Counted from the stretch's first letter, positions 1 to 7,673 are shown. The stretch: 24,000 bases of DNA from an uncultured Thermococci archaeon (GCA_964615185.1 CAZTOS010000005.1:9749-33748); one strand, 5' to 3'. A program made the numbers and translations. Notes: a model not told the origin generated them from the letters alone.

Positions 1-905
1 GGAACTCCGTGGTACTTTGGTGACCATGTTGGCTCGTAGTCACCGTATGGTGATTCTCCACTAACTATGAGTAAGCTCTGCTTTCCGTTATCAAACTTGA
101 CAAATTCAACTGCTAAGAGTGGGAATACTCCAGTGTCACCGGCCATGTAGGCATTTGCTGGTGGGTCGTTGTTCTCGACGATTGTACCATCCTTGGTTGT
201 CTTGACGATTCTGTAAACATTCTCCGGGATTTTATCTGTTAGAGTGTTCCAGTTTCCTTGGTCATCAACATAAGCAACGACGCCAGGACCGTGGTAGAGA
301 ACTTTTCCTCCATTCTTGAAGCCCTCAGTAATCATGCTTGCATCCGGTGTGTTTGAATCTGGGTTAGCAATTCCAACAACTCTGTATCCCTTTCCAGCGT
401 TGCTTACTGGGTCTTCAACCGAACAGAGGTCTAACCTGAGGTGACCAATTCCAAGCTGGTCAAGAAGTGAGTTAACGGTGTCTTGAACTTGCACACCGCT
501 TCCGTAGTCACTATCACCTGCAACCCAGAGAACTTTGCCACCCTGCTTGAACCATTCAGCAATTGCTTGTATTTCATCTGGCTCGAATGGACTTGATGGC
601 TGACCAATAATGAGCATGTCAACGCCCTTGAGGGCATCAGCAGTAATTTTATCGCCAAGGTGTGGAATTCCCAGTGTATCGGCGGCAGCGGGATCACCAA
701 AGTATGCCCACTTCACATCGGTAATTGTTTTTACAATACCGTGGGCTAAAGTCTCATTCGTGTCCCTGTCAAGAACATCGCCAGCAAGGTACTTGTCATT
801 CTCACCATGTGCCAAATCCACAGCGACAGTTGCTGCACTGGCAAAAGCAACCCCAAAAAGTCCGAAAAGAACAAAAACCGATAATAGTATTACAAGCTTC
901 TTCAT
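1..905 (-). CDS. Secreted protein of unknown function, N-terminal 301 codons only (gene continues beyond window start); absent from supplied ORF track
   Basis: I checked every triplet of the minus frame from ATG (complement of 903-905) down to position 3 and found no stop. Translation: MKKLVILLSVFVLFGLFGVAFASAATVAVDLAHGENDKYLAGDVL...MLIIGQPSSPFEPDEIQAIAEWFKQGGKVLWVAGDSDYG... The N-terminus has a KK n-region, a hydrophobic core and AFASA, which fits a Sec signal peptide. GGTGA lies 5 nt upstream of the ATG. The function is not recognisable by eye. Confidence 0.8.
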   Translation of the reverse strand, partial: MKKLVILLSVFVLFGLFGVAFASAATVAVDLAHGENDKYLAGDVLDRDTNETLAHGIVKTITDVKWAYFGDPAAADTLGIPHLGDKITADALKGVDMLIIGQPSSPFEPDEIQAIAEWFKQGGKVLWVAGDSDYGSGVQVQDTVNSLLDQLGIGHLRLDLCSVEDPVSNAGKGYRVVGIANPDSNTPDASMITEGFKNGGKVLYHGPGVVAYVDDQGNWNTLTDKIPENVYRIVKTTKDGTIVENNDPPANAYMAGDTGVFPLLAVEFVKFDNGKQSLLIVSGESPYGDYEPTWSPKYHGV

Positions 906-1138
906 GGCGTTCACCAAAAATGTTTAACGTATAAAGCAGTTATAAATCTTATTGAATCCCCATTAGGTAACAATGTGTAGCAGGGTACTCAAATTTATAT
1001 TGGTAGATGTTGAGAAACATAGACACTAAGACAGCACTGAGGATTTGTGCATACACATCAGTATCCTGACAGTATGACAATTTTCAAATGCGTAAATGCC
1101 TTAAAGGATAACATCATTTTTGGCTTAAGGTGGTGGGA

Positions 1139-2266
1139 ATGGATATAGAGAGAAAGATTGAGCTGATAACAAGAAAGCCAACTGAGGAAGTATTGACCGT
1201 AGAGAATCTTAGGCAGCTCTTGGAAATGGGGGTTCCTCTTCAGCATTATATCGGGTTTGAAATAAGTGGTTACATTCATCTCGGTACTGGATTAATGGCA
1301 GGTGCAAAGATTGCCGACTTCCAAAAGGCAGGCATAAAGACAAGAATATTCTTAGCAGACTGGCACAGCTGGATTAATGACAAGCTTGGCGGAGACCTTG
1401 AGACAATTCAAAAAGTAGCTTTAACTTACTTTAAAGAAGGAATGAAGCAGAGCATCAAAGTTATGGGCGGAGATCCAGATAAGGTAGAGTTCGTCTTAGC
1501 GAGTGAAATCCTTGAAAAAGGTGACTACTGGCAGACCGTCATTGATATTTCAAAGAACGTTACTTTAAACAGAGTTATGCGCTCCATTACAATCATGGGC
1601 AGGCAAATGGGAGAAGCAATAGACTTTGCAAAGCTGATCTACCCGATAATGCAGGTTACTGACATATTTTACCAGGGAGTTAACATCGCACATGCTGGAA
1701 TGGATCAAAGAAAGGCTCATGTCATTGCAATAGAAGTCGCTGAAAAGCTGAAGTACCATCCGCTTGTCTGGGAAGGCAAGAAATACAAGCCGGTTGCCGT
1801 TCACCACCACCTCCTACTTGGTCTGCAAGAGCCTCCAAAGTGGCCAATTGAGAGCGAAGAGGAGTTTAAGGAGATTAAAGCAGCTATGAAGATGAGCAAA
1901 TCAAAGCCATACTCCGCTGTTTTCATACACGACACACCAGAGGAAATCAGACAGAAGCTTAGAAAGGCATTCTGTCCTGCAAGAGAAGTCAGATACAATC
2001 CAGTTCTTGATTGGGCGGAGCACATAATCTTTAGGGAGGAGCCAACTGAATTTACCATTCACAGACCAGCCAAGTTCGGTGGTGATGTAACTTACACAAC
2101 GTTTGAAGAGCTCAAGAAGGACTTTGCTGAAGGAAAGCTGCATCCACTTGACCTGAAGAATGCGGTTGCCGAATACTTGATAGAGCTCCTCAGGCCAGTC
2201 AGAGAGTACTTTGAAAAGCACCCAGAGCCTTTAGAGCTGATGAAGGAAGTTAAGATTACGAGATGA
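1139..2266 (+). CDS. tyrS: Tyrosyl-tRNA synthetase (archaeal long form)
   Basis: Class I aaRS motifs are present: the HIGH-like segment GFEISGYIHLGT and KMSKS (MKMSKSKP). The sequence is near-collinear with the Pyrococcus TyrRS sequence as I recall it (MDIE...KITR). I chose ATG 1139 over the track's GTG 1130 because AGGTGGTG sits immediately upstream. Confidence 0.95.
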   Translation: MDIERKIELITRKPTEEVLTVENLRQLLEMGVPLQHYIGFEISGYIHLGTGLMAGAKIADFQKAGIKTRIFLADWHSWINDKLGGDLETIQKVALTYFKEGMKQSIKVMGGDPDKVEFVLASEILEKGDYWQTVIDISKNVTLNRVMRSITIMGRQMGEAIDFAKLIYPIMQVTDIFYQGVNIAHAGMDQRKAHVIAIEVAEKLKYHPLVWEGKKYKPVAVHHHLLLGLQEPPKWPIESEEEFKEIKAAMKMSKSKPYSAVFIHDTPEEIRQKLRKAFCPAREVRYNPVLDWAEHIIFREEPTEFTIHRPAKFGGDVTYTTFEELKKDFAEGKLHPLDLKNAVAEYLIELLRPVREYFEKHPEPLELMKEVKITR

Positions 2267-2286
2267 GCCTAAATCCCTTCTGACAA

Positions 2287-2306
2287 TTTCTCTATTTTCT
2301 CTTTTA
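2287..2306 (+). terminator. T-rich tract downstream of tyrS (archaeal oligo-T terminator candidate)
   Basis: The sequence tttctctattttctctttt begins about 20 nt after the tyrS stop. Oligo-T runs are the known archaeal intrinsic termination signal. Confidence 0.35.
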
Positions 2307-2369
2307 AATCGGAGAGCTTATTTTGCCAATATCCCATGCGAAACCGATAAATATTCTCAGAGAGAAAAT

Positions 2370-2696
2370 ATGATGAGTGAGAGTATGAACGTGGAAAGGA
2401 TTATTAAGCGCATCATTTTGGAGGAATTTTCAAAACATGGGATTGATGTAGAGGAGGTTATTCTGTTCGGGTCAAGAGCGAGAGGAGATTTTAGAGAGGA
2501 TTCTGATTGGGATATTCTTGTGGTGGTTACTCAAGATATTGACCGGGACACTTATAGAGAGCTCTGGTACAGCGTCTATAAGCGAATTGATTTTCCTGTT
2601 GACCTGATAATCGTTCCAAAAAAGATATTGGAGAAATACAAGAATTCCACAGGCTTTATCTACCACTATGCGCTGAAAGAGGGGATACAGATATGA
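2370..2696 (+). CDS. Minimal nucleotidyltransferase (MNT) domain protein, antitoxin-like partner of HEPN
   Basis: It carries the pol-beta-type NTase signature GSRARGDFREDSDWDILVV (GS...D.D). It is 108 aa and overlaps the downstream HEPN gene by 4 nt (ATGA). Confidence 0.85.
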   Translation: MMSESMNVERIIKRIILEEFSKHGIDVEEVILFGSRARGDFREDSDWDILVVVTQDIDRDTYRELWYSVYKRIDFPVDLIIVPKKILEKYKNSTGFIYHYALKEGIQI

Positions 2697-3073
2697 GGGA
2701 TGACGTGAAGGCATGGGTACAAAAGGCTGAGGATGACCTTATGACTGCTAAGGCTCTTTTAGAGTTCAAAAAGCCCGTTCCTTGGATAATCTGCTTCCAT
2801 GCCCAGCAAGCTGTGGAGAAATTTCTCAAAGCGTTTTTGGTTTACAACAATGTTCCGATTCCAAAAGTCCATGACATAAAGCAACTGATCCTTATGTGCT
2901 CAAGGATTGACACTGAATTCAAAGAACTGTTGAAGATTGGGATTGACAGACTTACAGAGTATGCTGTAGAAGCGAGGTATCCAATACTTTTTGAACCGAC
3001 ACTCAAGGAAGCAAGAGAAGCCGTTGAGCTTGCAGAGAAGGCGAGAAATTTTGTTTTGAAGAAGCTTAAATGA
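2693..3073 (+). CDS. HEPN domain protein (COG2250/PF05168-like), toxin-like partner of MNT
   Basis: It shows the helical HEPN pattern: AEDDLMTAKALL, FHAQQAVEKFLKAFL, KVHDIKQL and EARYP. It is 126 aa and translationally coupled to the MNT gene. Confidence 0.85.
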   Translation: MRDDVKAWVQKAEDDLMTAKALLEFKKPVPWIICFHAQQAVEKFLKAFLVYNNVPIPKVHDIKQLILMCSRIDTEFKELLKIGIDRLTEYAVEARYPILFEPTLKEAREAVELAEKARNFVLKKLK

Positions 3074-3172
3074 GCTAAACTTCTGTGAACACATCTTTAC
3101 TTTGGTGGTGCTCCTTGAACACCAACATCAACTTGGAGCTCCTCTTGAGAAGACAAAGGAGGAGTTGGAGAG

Positions 3173-3331
3173 GTGAACGAAGAGTTTTCTCTCAAGGAAA
3201 TTGAGTGGATTGAGCTCAAGAAAGCCCCGCTTGGCGGCTACTATCTTGAACTTAAAGCTAAGGGTAAGAAATACACGATTTACACCGACGCCGCCCAGCA
3301 CATCTATAACCTGCTGAGGCAGAACCGATAG
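3173..3331 (+). CDS. Possible small protein (52 aa, GTG start), not in ORF track
   Basis: Hand translation: VNEEFSLKEIEWIELKKAPLGGYYLELKAKGKKYTIYTDAAQHIYNLLRQNR*. AGGAGGAG lies 8 nt upstream, an in-frame stop lies at 3146-3148, and a T-rich tract follows the TAG. I recognise no homolog. Confidence 0.3.
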   Translation: MNEEFSLKEIEWIELKKAPLGGYYLELKAKGKKYTIYTDAAQHIYNLLRQNR

Positions 3332-3432
3332 AGTTCTCTTTTTCTCATTTAAAACCGGTAGGGATGAGGGACGTTAGCCTCCCAGTAAGTTTCCCCAGTA
3401 GTGGAGAAAGGGACAGAAGTCAGAAAGGTTTC

Positions 3433-3520
3433 TGGTGCGGGGGCGGGGATTTGAACCCCGGAACCCCTACGGGACGGGACCCTCAATCCCGCGCCTTTGA
3501 CCAGGCTCGGCAACCCCCGC
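3433..3520 (-). tRNA. tRNA-Leu (anticodon GAG), class II with long variable arm, CCA encoded
   Basis: The reverse complement is GCGGGGGTTGCCGAGCCTGGTCAAAGGCGCGGGATTGAGGGTCCCGTCCCGTAGGGGTTCCGGGGTTCAAATCCCCGCCCCCGCACCA. It has a 7-bp acceptor stem, anticodon stem CGGGA/TCCCG with loop TTGAGGG, and the T-loop TTCAAAT. Confidence 0.95.
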
Positions 3521-3550
3521 TCAAGCCAAAATATTTCGGTTAAAATCAGC

Positions 3551-3557
3551 TTATAAA
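3551..3557 (-). promoter_or_regulatory. TATA box for tRNA-Leu
   Basis: The minus strand reads TTTATAA, with its proximal edge about 30 nt upstream of the mature tRNA 5' end at 3520. Confidence 0.55.
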
Positions 3558-3583
3558 GTTTTCTGTTTGCTATTACCGAAAAA

Positions 3584-3591
3584 TTTATAAA
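3584..3591 (+). promoter_or_regulatory. TATA box for tRNA-Lys
   Basis: TTTATAAA ends 29 nt upstream of the tRNA 5' end at 3620. It mirrors the tRNA-Leu promoter within the same 99-bp spacer. Confidence 0.55.
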
Positions 3592-3619
3592 ACTCTCAAC
3601 TCCCAATGATTTTGGACGC

Positions 3620-3697
3620 GGGCCGGTAGCTTAGCCTGGTTAGAGCGGCGGACTCTTAATCCGCAGGTCGGGGGTTCAAATCCCCCCCGGCCCGCCA
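3620..3697 (+). tRNA. tRNA-Lys (anticodon CUU), CCA encoded
   Basis: The sequence is GGGCCGGTAGCTTAGCCTGGTTAGAGCGGCGGACTCTTAATCCGCAGGTCGGGGGTTCAAATCCCCCCCGGCCCGCCA. The acceptor stem is GGGCCGG/CCGGCCC, and the anticodon stem GCGGA/TCCGC carries the loop CTCTTAA. Confidence 0.95.
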
Positions 3698-3739
3698 ACA
3701 AGCTGCACTTCTTCTGGAGTGCTTTTCGGAGAGAAGAAA

Positions 3740-4888
3740 ATGAGTTTTGAAAAATTAGGACTCTCAGAAAATACACTGGGAGCAGTCAGAAGAAAAGGGT
3801 TCTCAGAACCTACAGACATTCAGAGAGAAGTTATTCCTCTGTTCTTAAGAGGAGATGCAGACATAGTTGGACAATCACAGACAGGAACTGGAAAAACAGC
3901 ATCATTCGCATTACCGCTTGTAGATGTTATCAACGAGTATGAAAGGGAAGTCCAAGCAATAATTTTAACGCCAACCAGAGAGCTTGCCCTTCAAGTAGCT
4001 GACGAGATAAAGTCGCTTAGAGGCAAAAAGAAGATAAAAGTTCTCTCGGTGTATGGAGGACAGCCAATAGGTCCTCAGATAAGAACTCTTAGGAAAGGAG
4101 TTCACATAGTGGTTGGAACCCCTGGAAGAGTTCTCGATCACATTAGAAGAGGCACACTGAGGCTTGAGGGAGTTCAATACTTTATCCTAGATGAAGCTGA
4201 CAGAATGCTCGATATGGGCTTCATAGATGATATAAAAGCAATATTCAGAGAAACACCAAGAGATAAGCGTGTTCTCATGTTTTCAGCAACGATGCCCCGT
4301 GAAGTTTTGAGGTTAGCAAAACGATACATGAAGGAATATGAACTGATAAGAACAAGCAGTGACAAGCCAGTTCCAGAGCTTGTCGAGCAGGAGTATATTG
4401 AAGTTGTACCAGCAAGAAAAATATCTGTGCTGAAAAGAATACTAAACAGTGAATTCTATGGGATAATCTTCTGCCAAACGAAGAGAGAGACCAGGATACT
4501 GGCAGAAAAGCTTGCACGTATGGGATACAGCGCTGAAGCTTTAAACGGAGATATGAGTCAAAGAAACAGAGAAAGAACCTTGATGCGCTTTAAAAGGCGA
4601 AAAATAAACATCTTAGTTGCCACAGATGTTGCTGCAAGAGGAATAGATGTTCAAGACATCACCCATATTGTGAATTATTCTTTGCCACAAAATGCTGAAA
4701 TGTATATCCACAGGATTGGCAGGACAGGACGAGCAGGCAAAAAAGGAAAAGCAATAACTTTCATCATGCCGGGAGAGTACAGGAGGTTAAGATACATTGA
4801 GAGCGTTGCAAAAGTTAGCATAAAGAAATCAAAGCTTCAAGAAAGCATAGACAAAGAAAAAAGGAGAGACTCAAGAAAGAGGTACTGA
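3740..4888 (+). CDS. DEAD-box ATP-dependent RNA helicase
   Basis: Helicase motifs are present: Q-motif region FSEPTDIQ, motif I SQTGTGKT, Ia PTRELA, II DEAD, III SAT and VI HRIGRTGRAG. It ends in a basic C-terminal tail. I prefer ATG 3740 (MSFEKLG) to the track's GTG 3719, which lies only 22 nt after the tRNA. Confidence 0.93.
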   Translation: MSFEKLGLSENTLGAVRRKGFSEPTDIQREVIPLFLRGDADIVGQSQTGTGKTASFALPLVDVINEYEREVQAIILTPTRELALQVADEIKSLRGKKKIKVLSVYGGQPIGPQIRTLRKGVHIVVGTPGRVLDHIRRGTLRLEGVQYFILDEADRMLDMGFIDDIKAIFRETPRDKRVLMFSATMPREVLRLAKRYMKEYELIRTSSDKPVPELVEQEYIEVVPARKISVLKRILNSEFYGIIFCQTKRETRILAEKLARMGYSAEALNGDMSQRNRERTLMRFKRRKINILVATDVAARGIDVQDITHIVNYSLPQNAEMYIHRIGRTGRAGKKGKAITFIMPGEYRRLRYIESVAKVSIKKSKLQESIDKEKRRDSRKRY

Positions 4889-4894
4889 GATTTA

Positions 4895-6019
4895 TCAAGA
4901 TTTGGCAATATCGAGAATTATTTTAAGGTTCTCCCCCTCTTCTCTTCTCTCAATCCAAAACGCTGAATATTGTTCTAAGTCAGCTCTAACTTCTGGATCT
5001 GAAACTATACTGTCATAGAGATAATTGATCAGCTGTTCATGGAACAGAGGACTGTAATATTCAACAAACTTTTCAAATCTGAACGTCCAGACTTTCCCCT
5101 CAGAATAACCCTCTGGCAATGTGCCTTGGGAAAGTGACTGAAGTTTCTCATCAAGCCTCAAGTTTGGGAAGTTTTTCAAAATTATTGAAGACAAGCTCCC
5201 AGAAATCGCCTGTGCATCTGCATCGGTGAACTTGTAATCTTGCTTTAGAAACTCTATCCCAGAAGCAATCCCCAAGTTCTCTACTTCAGCACTGCCATTT
5301 ACAAGCTTGATTTCATAAATTGTTGCATTTGAAATTGTTTTTCCTTTCTCCTTCCAGTATCGGTAATATGCCCCCAAATCCATGGCAGGAGGATGTTGAT
5401 CTAAGGCAAAGTACCACCCTTCAATTTCTATTACTGCCACTGCATGCCCAACATCGCTTCCAGTGAAGTTAACGCTGAAAATGTAAACGGGGGAGTAGTT
5501 CATATCCAAAAGCAGTCCAGCTGTTAGGATTGCATAGTCAGTGCAGATACCTTTTCCTTTCATTATTATTTCGTAGGGAGTTTGTATTGTGTTGTCTTTC
5601 CCTCTTACAACCTTAAAACTTCCATTGCTGTACATTTTAATTTCTGGAGCTGGCAGAGATGCCTTTTTCCAGTCATATTGGATATGCGCTTTTTCCCACT
5701 CTAAGATGTTCCAGGCACTTTGCTGTAAGCTATCACCTTTAAGCTGTTCAGCCAAGGGCTTTATTTTAGCAAGCTCCTCTTTGCTTAAAGCACATGGGAT
5801 TGCCCTTTCGAGGATGTATCTCCAGAGAGGGTCTGAACATGACGGGGTTGTATTAAAATGTGGCAATACTGCTGTTGAAGAAGTTGTTTGAGTGGAGGGG
5901 GTAACTGTTGAAGGTGTTGCTTTTTCTGTTTGGGTCTCAATTTGAACACATCCACTTACAAATACGAGTGCTACTATGAGTGCTGAGAGCATGAATTTAA
6001 GTAGCTTCACGAGTCTCAC
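4895..6019 (-). CDS. Transglutaminase-like (Cys-His-Asp) domain protein, probable lipoprotein
   Basis: The N-terminus MRLVKLLKFMLSALIVALVFVSGC has a lipobox-like SGC. A Thr/Ser/Pro-rich linker follows (TQTEKATPSTVTPSTQTTSSTAV). The core has the transglutaminase-like pattern GKGICTDYAILTAGLLL...GHAVAVIEIEGWYFALDQ. The start is ambiguous among GTG 6019, GTG 6010 and ATG 5992. Confidence 0.75.
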   Translation of the reverse strand: MRLVKLLKFMLSALIVALVFVSGCVQIETQTEKATPSTVTPSTQTTSSTAVLPHFNTTPSCSDPLWRYILERAIPCALSKEELAKIKPLAEQLKGDSLQQSAWNILEWEKAHIQYDWKKASLPAPEIKMYSNGSFKVVRGKDNTIQTPYEIIMKGKGICTDYAILTAGLLLDMNYSPVYIFSVNFTGSDVGHAVAVIEIEGWYFALDQHPPAMDLGAYYRYWKEKGKTISNATIYEIKLVNGSAEVENLGIASGIEFLKQDYKFTDADAQAISGSLSSIILKNFPNLRLDEKLQSLSQGTLPEGYSEGKVWTFRFEKFVEYYSPLFHEQLINYLYDSIVSDPEVRADLEQYSAFWIERREEGENLKIILDIAKS

Positions 6020-6239
6020 CTTGGAAATTGTTATGTGTTGAGGATTTAAAAAGTTCCGAGTTTCCTTATTTTCACTTGCTTTGAAAAACTCATTGCATAT
6101 ATTGATGATTGTTGAAGAAATCAGCTAAGAGCTTTTTAGAGGGATGCATGATTAAAATTGAAATTAAACACATTGAGAGGTCATGGAGGTATAGCTCCTG
6201 ATAGAGAAGAAGAAGCGAGGTGTGGAGCGAACTTTCGTT

Positions 6240-6317
<78 letters not shown>

Positions 6318-6342
6318 TCGGGAACTAATCACCGGAAAGGTG

Positions 6343-6350
6343 TTTATAAA
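6343..6350 (-). promoter_or_regulatory. TATA box for tRNA-Arg
   Basis: TTTATAAA (palindromic, so identical on both strands) lies 26 nt upstream of the tRNA 5' end at 6317, between the asnS stop and the tRNA. Confidence 0.5.
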
Positions 6351-6380
6351 GATTGCGGTAGTTAAAAGAAAGAGAAAAGC

Positions 6381-7673
6381 TCATGGGTAGAGCCTTGTTG
6401 GAGTTCTTGGGAACAGAGTTGCCCATCTAATGTGGTCAAGGTTGAGGATCCATGCGACTACTCTCTCGACACCAAGTCCAAAGCCGCTGTGTGGAACGCT
6501 TCCATACTTTCTAAGGTCAAGGTACCACTCGTAGTCCTTTGGATCCATGCCTTCCTCCAAAATACGCTGCACAAGCTTGTCATAATTGTCTTCCCTCTGT
6601 GAACCACCAATTATTTCACCGTATCCTTCAGGTGCAAGCATGTCAGCCGCTAAGACTTTTCTTGGATCACTTGGGTCTTCCTTCATGTAGAACGCCTTGA
6701 TGTGCTTTGGATAGCCATAGACGAAGAATGGCCTGTCGAATTCCTCTGTCAAAACTCTCTCCTCATCAGCTCCCATGTCCTCGCCCCACTCTATGCTGAC
6801 GCCTTTGCTCTGCAAAATGTCGATGGCTTCATCATAGCTTATTCTCGGGAATGGCGGCTCTGTGTTCTTCAAGGTTGTGAAGTCTTTTCTGTAAATTTCA
6901 ATCTCTTTTCTTCTCAGCTCTAAAGTCCGCTGAACCATGTAACTCACAAGCTCCTCCTCAACCTTCATGATGTCCCAGAGGTCCATCCATGCAGCCTCAA
7001 GCTCAAGGTGCCAGAACTCTGTCAAGTGCCTCCTTGTTCTGCTCTTCTCTGCTCTGAAGCTCGGCGTTAGAGACCAAACTTTTTCAAGACCAAAGATTGC
7101 AGCCTCAAGGTAAAGCTGAGCTGATTGGCTCAGATAGGCAGTTTTATCAAAGTATTTAAGCTTGAAAAGAGTTGCACCGCCTTCACAAGCTCCTGTAACC
7201 AATATCGGTGGGAACACCTCATACCAGCCATCCTGGAGTAGCCATTCTCTTGCAGCTTGAACCATGGTGGCTTTGACCTTCATTATTGCAGCTACTTTCG
7301 GAGACCTTAAGTGGAGATGCCTTACATCCAAAAGAAATTCTGGGCTTGCGTCCTTAGTAATCGGAAAGAACTCGACGTTTTGAATGACCTCAATCTTATC
7401 TCCCTGAATTTCGACTCCTCCCGGAGCCCTCTTATCTTGTTTAACGATACCTTCAATTATCACGCTTGACTCTATTCCGGTTTTCTTTGCAGTCTCGTAG
7501 GCTTCTTTGCTGAGCTCCTCTTTGAATACGGTTTGAATAATTCCGCTTGAGTCTCTAAGGACTATAAACACCTTGTCTTTAATTTCCCTCTTTCTATACA
7601 CCCAACCAGCCAATCTAACTCTTTTTCCTTCCATTTCAGGTTTAACTTGAGCGCAGTAAATTTTGTCAATCAT
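6381..7673 (-). CDS. asnS: Asparaginyl-tRNA synthetase
   Basis: It has a class IIb aaRS layout with an N-terminal OB fold. Motif 2 is FRAEKSRTRRHLTEFWHLE and motif 3 is GFGLGVERVVAW. It is near-collinear with the Pyrococcus AsnRS sequence as I recall it, and clearly unlike archaeal AspRS. I prefer ATG 7673 (MIDKIY) because GAGGTGAT lies just upstream; the track starts at GTG 7682. Confidence 0.92.
   Translation of the reverse strand: MIDKIYCAQVKPEMEGKRVRLAGWVYRKREIKDKVFIVLRDSSGIIQTVFKEELSKEAYETAKKTGIESSVIIEGIVKQDKRAPGGVEIQGDKIEVIQNVEFFPITKDASPEFLLDVRHLHLRSPKVAAIMKVKATMVQAAREWLLQDGWYEVFPPILVTGACEGGATLFKLKYFDKTAYLSQSAQLYLEAAIFGLEKVWSLTPSFRAEKSRTRRHLTEFWHLELEAAWMDLWDIMKVEEELVSYMVQRTLELRRKEIEIYRKDFTTLKNTEPPFPRISYDEAIDILQSKGVSIEWGEDMGADEERVLTEEFDRPFFVYGYPKHIKAFYMKEDPSDPRKVLAADMLAPEGYGEIIGGSQREDNYDKLVQRILEEGMDPKDYEWYLDLRKYGSVPHSGFGLGVERVVAWILNLDHIRWATLFPRTPTRLYP

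Noticed and set aside
431-934. Track ORFs 431-700 (-), 610-927 (+) and 725-934 (+)
   Set aside because: All three lie inside, and out of frame with or antisense to, the continuous 301-codon minus-strand ORF that has a proper signal peptide and RBS. Their peptides are low-complexity shadows, rich in S, P, A and C.
1007-1069. Possible C/D box sRNA (ATGTTGA ... CTAA ... TGAGGA ... CTGA) in the spacer upstream of tyrS
   Set aside because: The C and D' boxes each carry a mismatch. The second guide would be about 22 nt instead of about 12, and there is no terminal stem. This fits chance matches in AT-rich DNA.
2293-2370. 10-bp inverted repeat TATTTTCTCT ... AGAGAAAATA bridging the tyrS terminator region and the MNT start codon
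   Set aside because: The arms are 58 nt apart and almost entirely A/T, so a chance occurrence in a T-rich or A-rich spacer is plausible. The pairing would be weak at high temperature.
3074-3700. Integrated element or att site next to the tRNA genes
   Set aside because: No integrase gene is present, and I could not find a duplicated partial copy of the 3' or 5' part of any of the three tRNAs elsewhere in the window. Only the small MNT-HEPN islet is present.
3719-3739. GTG-start extension of the helicase (MLFGEKK...)
   Set aside because: It begins only 22 nt after the tRNA-Lys 3' end, it lacks an RBS, and the ATG at 3740 gives the usual DEAD-box N-terminus (MSFEKLGL...).
3349-3776. Track ORFs 3349-3606 (-) and 3585-3776 (-)
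   Set aside because: They run through the tRNA-Leu and tRNA-Lys genes and their promoter spacer. The G/P/R-rich peptides are translation artefacts of tRNA sequence.
6103-6201. Possible C/D box sRNA (TGATGA at 6103, TGATTA at 6149, CTGA at 6198) between the lipoprotein gene and tRNA-Arg
   Set aside because: The box spacing (about 98 nt overall, with no D' box at the correct distance) does not fit the compact archaeal C/D architecture.
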